Assembly (NCBI GenBank): GCA_051294375.1
Contig: CM119269.1
Span: 14,206,612-14,270,611 of the forward strand
DNA length: 64,000 bases
Reading direction: 5' to 3'
DNA from: Paraspadella gotoi
Taxonomy: Eukaryota; Animalia; Chaetognatha
The position numbers were made by a program, and so were the translations under genes. The notes beneath the pieces were generated by a model that did no database searches, had not been told where the DNA came from, and saw nothing but the letters and a program-made list of their open reading frames with translations. How positions within the stretch are numbered: the stretch's first letter is position 1; each line of letters starts with the position of its first letter. Positions 58,430 to 64,000 of this stretch are shown one piece after another.

Positions 58430-61400
58430 TTAATCAACGATCTCTTTCTTTCATAACGAGGGGTTTCCCCAAAGTGGTAAGCCCGACTAAAAAATCCGGC
58501 AACCTGGCTGACAACGGCCAATCTCGAAGCAACATCCTTATTCTCCCAATCTCATCGTCCAAATCGGAGCGCATCCGGCAGTCGCCAGCCAATTCAAGGA
58601 GAATTGGCCACCGACTCCCTTCACGAACAACTTTCACATAGGATCTGCGACCTCGCCCTTTTAGGTTTGACTGCGGCGAACTTCCAACTCTCCCACTGCG
58701 ATCAACATCCGCCCAGCGGACCATGTCGGCCAATGAAGAAAACCGCGGCCAAACAGCCCCATCGACATGGGGACTCTGTCAAGCATTGATGAAGCCACCT
58801 TGCTCAGATGACAGGAACTTCAACAAGCCTCCTGAACGAGATGAATCAAATGAGGAATGAGCATCGACTTTTGGCTGATAGGATGACCCCACCATATCGC
58901 CAGCGTAAATCAGCGGCCACACTGAGCAAAGCAGGTCATCCACAACCTCCAAGAAGTCACTTCGCCCATCTCAACCCTGAGGCAATTCCATTTTTCAGGC
59001 CGCCAATCTCCGGTGGAAATGGAATCCAATTCCAGAGCAACCCGCCCACCGAGGATGCCCCAAAATTGCCGACCTTCGACCCCAAGGACCCTGAGCTTTG
59101 GCTTCAGCATCGTTGATGGCCTGCCACATCAACTTGCAATGTCACCAATCTACAGGAAAAAAAAAAAATGCTCATTCTCATTTGCTGCCATCCCTGTTGA
59201 ACATTCGTCAACTCTTCAGGGATTTTATGACCGACACCACAGGAGGATGGACAAAATTACCAACTTATGAATCCTTCAAAGTCGCCATTCAAGGAGGCGC
59301 CTTCGGGAGAATAAGTTCCCAGCGCGTCGCCCGCTTTATGGCATCTTTCCACCCTTCAATGGGAGGAATCGACGCAGGCTGTCAAGGCAATGAGGGCGAC
59401 CGCTAAGGATCTTCACCATGGGGACGACATCATGCCGTCTATAAAATGTGTCCCAATGCCGCCTCCCTTCAACCATCCGCAATGTTGTCTTCAAGGACCA
59501 ACAAAATCAATTGACGACATCGCGAAGCGAGGGCTGACTCCTTTTATCACCACCGCTGGAACACCCATTTGAACAAGCCCAAAACAGCCGCCGTGTTGCC
59601 ACATCTCTCAGGGGAAAGTGAATCTTGAGACTTTCGGATGCCTGCGACCAATTTCAAGAGGATTGACAACCTCTGCCAGCACCCTCCTATGCGCAGCCCG
59701 GTGTGTGCGGCCACGCCGCAACTTTCAAGTAAGACAAGACCGGCTCCAACATATAAGGCCCAGGAATAGAAAGCAAACCCAAATTTACTGCTTCGCGCCT
59801 CCTTCCCTTTTGACGCGCTCATTAAAGGACTGTTTTCTTAACGGGAAAAAACCATCTGTGGATATCTCATCGTCGATTTGGGTTGGGACCATGCCATTTA
59901 AACTGCCAAACGGTGTGTGAGCCATCGGGGAAACGGAACGGCCGGCAGCCGTCAATAAACCGCCGCTGCCGGCGATCTGAATCTCCTCCTTCACGGCTCC
60001 GGTGACCACATCAATGGCCTCACATGGCTTGATCGACTCTGGCGCCAGTGTTTCCCTCATCCCTGTTCTCAACATGATCGTTGCCAATGGCGCCACCTTT
60101 CCACTCCCCTTCACGCAGCCAAACGGCACACCTATTTCATCCCTATGGGAAAAGCTCAAGAACGGTCAACCTAGGTCACCATACTTTTTGATTGGGATGT
60201 CATCGTCGCGGGGACGTCGCCACGCCATTCTCGGGGCAGCCGATTTCCTCATTGGGATATCACCTTTGCCGCCATTTCATAAACTTGCCTCCTGGTCAAA
60301 CCTTTGACGATTTTCACCACCATCACGCGGAAAACACTTTCAGACCGACCTTTTCCGTCTCAAACATGTCAACAACATCTACACCAAAACTTGCTAGACG
60401 AATTTCCCGACTTGACGACACTCCTCATTTTCGACCCATCAAAACCAAAACATTGGCGACGCGTCGAACATCATATCCCAACTGAAGGACCTCCAGTCTA
60501 TGGCAAAGCGCCGCCGCCTATCTCGCTGAACATCTCGCTGCTGCAAAGCCGCAGGGTTTGGAAAAACCTTTGAACAAACGCTCGAATCCATCAGAAAAAA
60601 AGCGAATAGCGCTTTGAGCGCTTCACCTCTTCATGTGGTTCCCCAAAAGCCAGATGGTTCCATCCGCCCCTTGCGAGCGATTATCGTGTCCCTCCAACGC
60701 CGGTCAACTAATGGTATGATCGCTACCCCATTCAGAATTGATGCGACTTCAATGCGACATCGCAGGAAAAAAGATTTTTTCCCCAAAAATAGATCCTCTG
60801 CAAAGGCTTATTCATCAAATTCCAGTTGCAAAAGAAGACATCCAAGAAGACAGACCGGTAATCACGCCTATTGGTCTTTGGGAGTACCGCGCACGCCTTT
60901 TGGTCTCAAAAAAACGCGAGTCAGGGACTTTCTCCCAGAGGATTGCATGGCATCTCGTTGTCCTCCGCCGATGTCCCGCACGGTCTGAATCCCGCGCGCC
61001 TTCGATGACATCCCTCACCCCTGCGCCGTCGGAGCCAACGAAAGAGCAACATCTTGGAAGATCTTCGCGCATGCTTCCAACAAACTCTCAGCGAATGCCC
61101 TCATTATCAAGGCGGCGTCCCGCCAAAATGCGTCTTTGGTGGTCGCGCGAATCCTCTCGACTTTAGTCGGCCATCGTTCGTGACGAACCCGCGGACATGA
61201 GGATTCGGCCCTTCAAGCTCGCCGGAATCCCGAAAGTCCGACTGCGGTGGGGGTAGCTCATCACGAACCCAAGGACGTTCTCGATAACTTCCCAACAGAG
61301 CGGCCCGGGTACCGCTTACGCGAGCTTCCACAAGCCTTCGTGAGCCGTCCTCGTGACGAGACCGACTCGTGTGTTGCGCACTTGGCGGGGCTCGAGATTA
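58430..61400 (+). mobile_element. Frameshifted, truncated Ty3/Gypsy LTR retrotransposon (gag, protease, RT)
   Basis: Fragments PKLPTFDPKDPELW (gag), LIDSGASVSLIP and AILGAADFL (aspartic protease), SPLHVVPQKPDGSIRP, KIFSPKID, HQIPVAKEDI, VITPIGLWEY, RTPFGLK (RT) in shifting frames. No integrase or LTRs seen. Confidence 0.9.
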
Positions 61401-61519
61401 TTCGAGGTGGCTCACGATTGCTCTGCTACTCATCTCTCTCTTTAGATCTCTCCTCTTTATCCTCTCTCTGCTCTCTGCTCTAGCTCGATCTCTCTCTCTG
61501 CCCTCTCTCTCTCTCTCTC

Positions 61520-61850
61520 TCTTTCTCGGTTTTCATCTTCGGGATGCTCATCGATTCTCTCTCTCCTCTCTCTTCTCTATTTTCTTTCCACACGACATCT
61601 CATTAAATCTCTTTCCAAAAATACATCTTTCTTCCTCCAAAAAAAAATAAATCCCCTTCCCTTCTGTTTCGTCTTCAGACCCCGAGCCTCTCCTCCGTCT
61701 CTTCGGTGCCGGCCGGCGACGCGAGGCCTTTCGGCCCATTTGGACCCAAGAAAGCGAGGGTCAGTCAGTCAGTCGTCGGAAAGGATTGGATCCTCGAAAC
61801 GGAGATCGTCGCCGGGAGTACAGACGAGAGAGAGACGAGAGACGAGAGAG

Positions 61851-61897
<47 letters not shown>

Positions 61898-62705
61898 CGC
61901 GTGTGTCGTCGTCGTTGTTGTTGTTGTGTGTCGTCTCAGGCGATTTGCGATTACAATCCGATTATCAATAATCGTTTTTGAAAAAAATCATGAGAAAAAA
62001 CCGTAATTACGAAAGAGTACGACGAAGGGAATGGGCTTCGGATAATTTTATCTATTTAAATAATATTGTATTGTACTACTTTTTATAGCGAAGTTTTAAC
62101 TTCTATGATTAGTTTTCAAACTGTACCTTCATTTGCTCGTATAACCAATTTTGACGATTGGATTTATTTTATTTATGTTATTTGTTTTTTTGGGGAGGGG
62201 AGGATTTTATAAAAAATCTATGTTCCCAAACCGAGCAAGCGCGGATTACTAAAAAAAAACCGCTTTAGTATTATGATAACTCGCGCTTTCGCACCACCCG
62301 GTGACACGTCTGACTCGAGCGGCCGATGACTATTCCCCGTCGCCCAAACCGATCATAATGGACGCTGCGTCGGGCGATGGGACTCAGTATTCTCAAAAAC
62401 TTCTCCGTCTGAAATGTTTTCCTCTTTGATCCTTAGATGCTTTTTTTTTTTTAATTTTCAGATTTCTCGTCATGCTTTTTTTTTTTTTTTGATGGATTGC
62501 TTTTTTTTATTGTTTCGTCTCTTCCCACGAGATCTAATTCGCTTTGATGTCTTCTTCTCTTCTCCCGTCGTTGGATTAATTTCCCTTAAAACTCGAGGAA
62601 ATACGGGACCCGGACTTGATATACTTCGATGCTTCATCCTGGAAAGGAAACAACTCGTTCTAAATATTAAATCATTTCTAGCGTCGTTAGTTTATTAGCT
62701 TATTT

Positions 62706-62758
<53 letters not shown>

Positions 62759-62845
62759 GATTCATTTGAAAATACAAACTGTTCTTTCTTTTCTTAGTTT
62801 ATTGACACAAGTTGATCCCTCGTCTTCGAGGCCGAACACCTATTG
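61520..62845 (+). repeat. Second, indel-rich copy of 49820-51159
   Basis: Differs mostly by 1-2 nt indels. Confidence 0.9.
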
Positions 62846-63026
62846 ATAGTTTTTCATTCTTTTTATTTCGATCTCTTGTTTGTTAAAAAAAACCACAAAA
62901 TTTTAAATAGTTTAAACGATCGTTTAAATTCATTTGATAATAAACAACACAGTACCGTTTGGGCAAAACAATTTCTGAACTTGAGTAAACGGGGTGACGT
63001 AAGAATGACGCGCCCCAGACGTGAAA

Positions 63027-63060
<34 letters not shown>

Positions 63061-63428
63061 CTTGGGAAGCGAGTTCCAACGCATGTCGTTTCTCTATTTT
63101 GACCTCATTCTTTCCAAGTTTTTCAAAAAATGAAAAAAAAAATTATTTCAAGATTTTTGAATAAATTTCGAGTGGAACTCAGTTTTCAATAAGTGAGAGG
63201 AAAATAATCTGGAGAGAATTTCAAAAAAAAAAGATCTCGCCCCCCTTCAAAGACTATGTACTCGGGGGGGAACCATGAAGTACAAAGGGAAAGAAAAATA
63301 GAGAAAAAAAAAGAGGGAGAAAAAAAGGGGGGAAAAAAAAGAAAAAAAAAGGGAATCCGCGTCAAGAGTTTGAATTTCATTTCGGATTTTCTTCAGAACC
63401 TGTTTTACTCCACCTCAACTGATATTTT

Positions 63429-63463
<35 letters not shown>

Positions 63464-63508
63464 GTATCTCTCCTACGCGTGTAAAAAAATATTCGAGNNN
63501 NNNNNNNT

Positions 63509-63647
63509 CTTCAGACCCCGAGCCTCTCCTCCGTCTCTTCGGTGCCGCCGGCGACGCGAGCCTTTCGGCCCATTTGACCCAAGAAAGCGGAGGTCAGTCA
63601 GTCAGTCAGTCGGAAAGGATTGGATCCTCGAAACGGAATCGTCGCGG

Positions 63648-63686
<39 letters not shown>

Positions 63687-64000
63687 NNNNNNNNNNNNNN
63701 NNNNNNNNNNNNNNNNNNNNNNNNNNNNNNNNNNNNNNNNNNNNNNNNNNNNNNNNNNNNNNNNNNNNNNNNNNNNNNNNNNNNNNNNNNNNNNNNNNNN
63801 NNNNNNNNNNTTGTTGTTGTTGTCGTCGTCGGCGATTTGCAGATTACAATCCGATTATCAATAATCGTTTTGAAAAAAATCATGAGAAAAACCGTAATTA
63901 CGAAAGAGGACGACGAAGGGAAATTGGCTTCGGATTAATTTTATCTATTTAAATAATATTGTATTTACTACTGTTTTATAAGCGAAGTTTTTAATTTATG
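63509..64000 (+). repeat. Third partial copy (matches ~49972-50402)
   Basis: Begins directly after an N gap. Confidence 0.9.

Overview
Intron-rich, (GA)n-microsatellite-dense eukaryotic (animal-like) genomic DNA; not prokaryotic, and most six-frame ORFs are microsatellite artefacts. The main feature is a complete ezrin/radixin/moesin (ERM) gene on the minus strand (43496->13571). Its 19 coding exons assemble in phase to about 692 aa: FERM domain, an extended coiled coil, a PPxY linker and a canonical C-ERMAD. Two large in-frame extra exons lie in its introns, an 816-nt Pro/acid-rich cassette and a 947-nt alternative terminal exon. Also present: a FAM228-family gene (+, about 10185-11920), a 3-exon orphan gene (-, 8679->7081), exons of an unknown + strand gene (1-2335), two MITEs with target-site duplications, tRNA-derived SINEs, a decayed Ty3/Gypsy gag-pol, and a triplicated segment near assembly gaps. 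Most notable are (i) a ~200-bp dispersed element carrying a circularly permuted (type-P5) twister ribozyme, intact in ERM intron 7 and degenerate near 1.1 kb, and (ii) tandem repeats seeded on exon-end/5'-splice-site junctions in several genes, alongside frequent AAG/GAG acceptors and a GC donor. All calls come from manual reading and translation; no searches were run.
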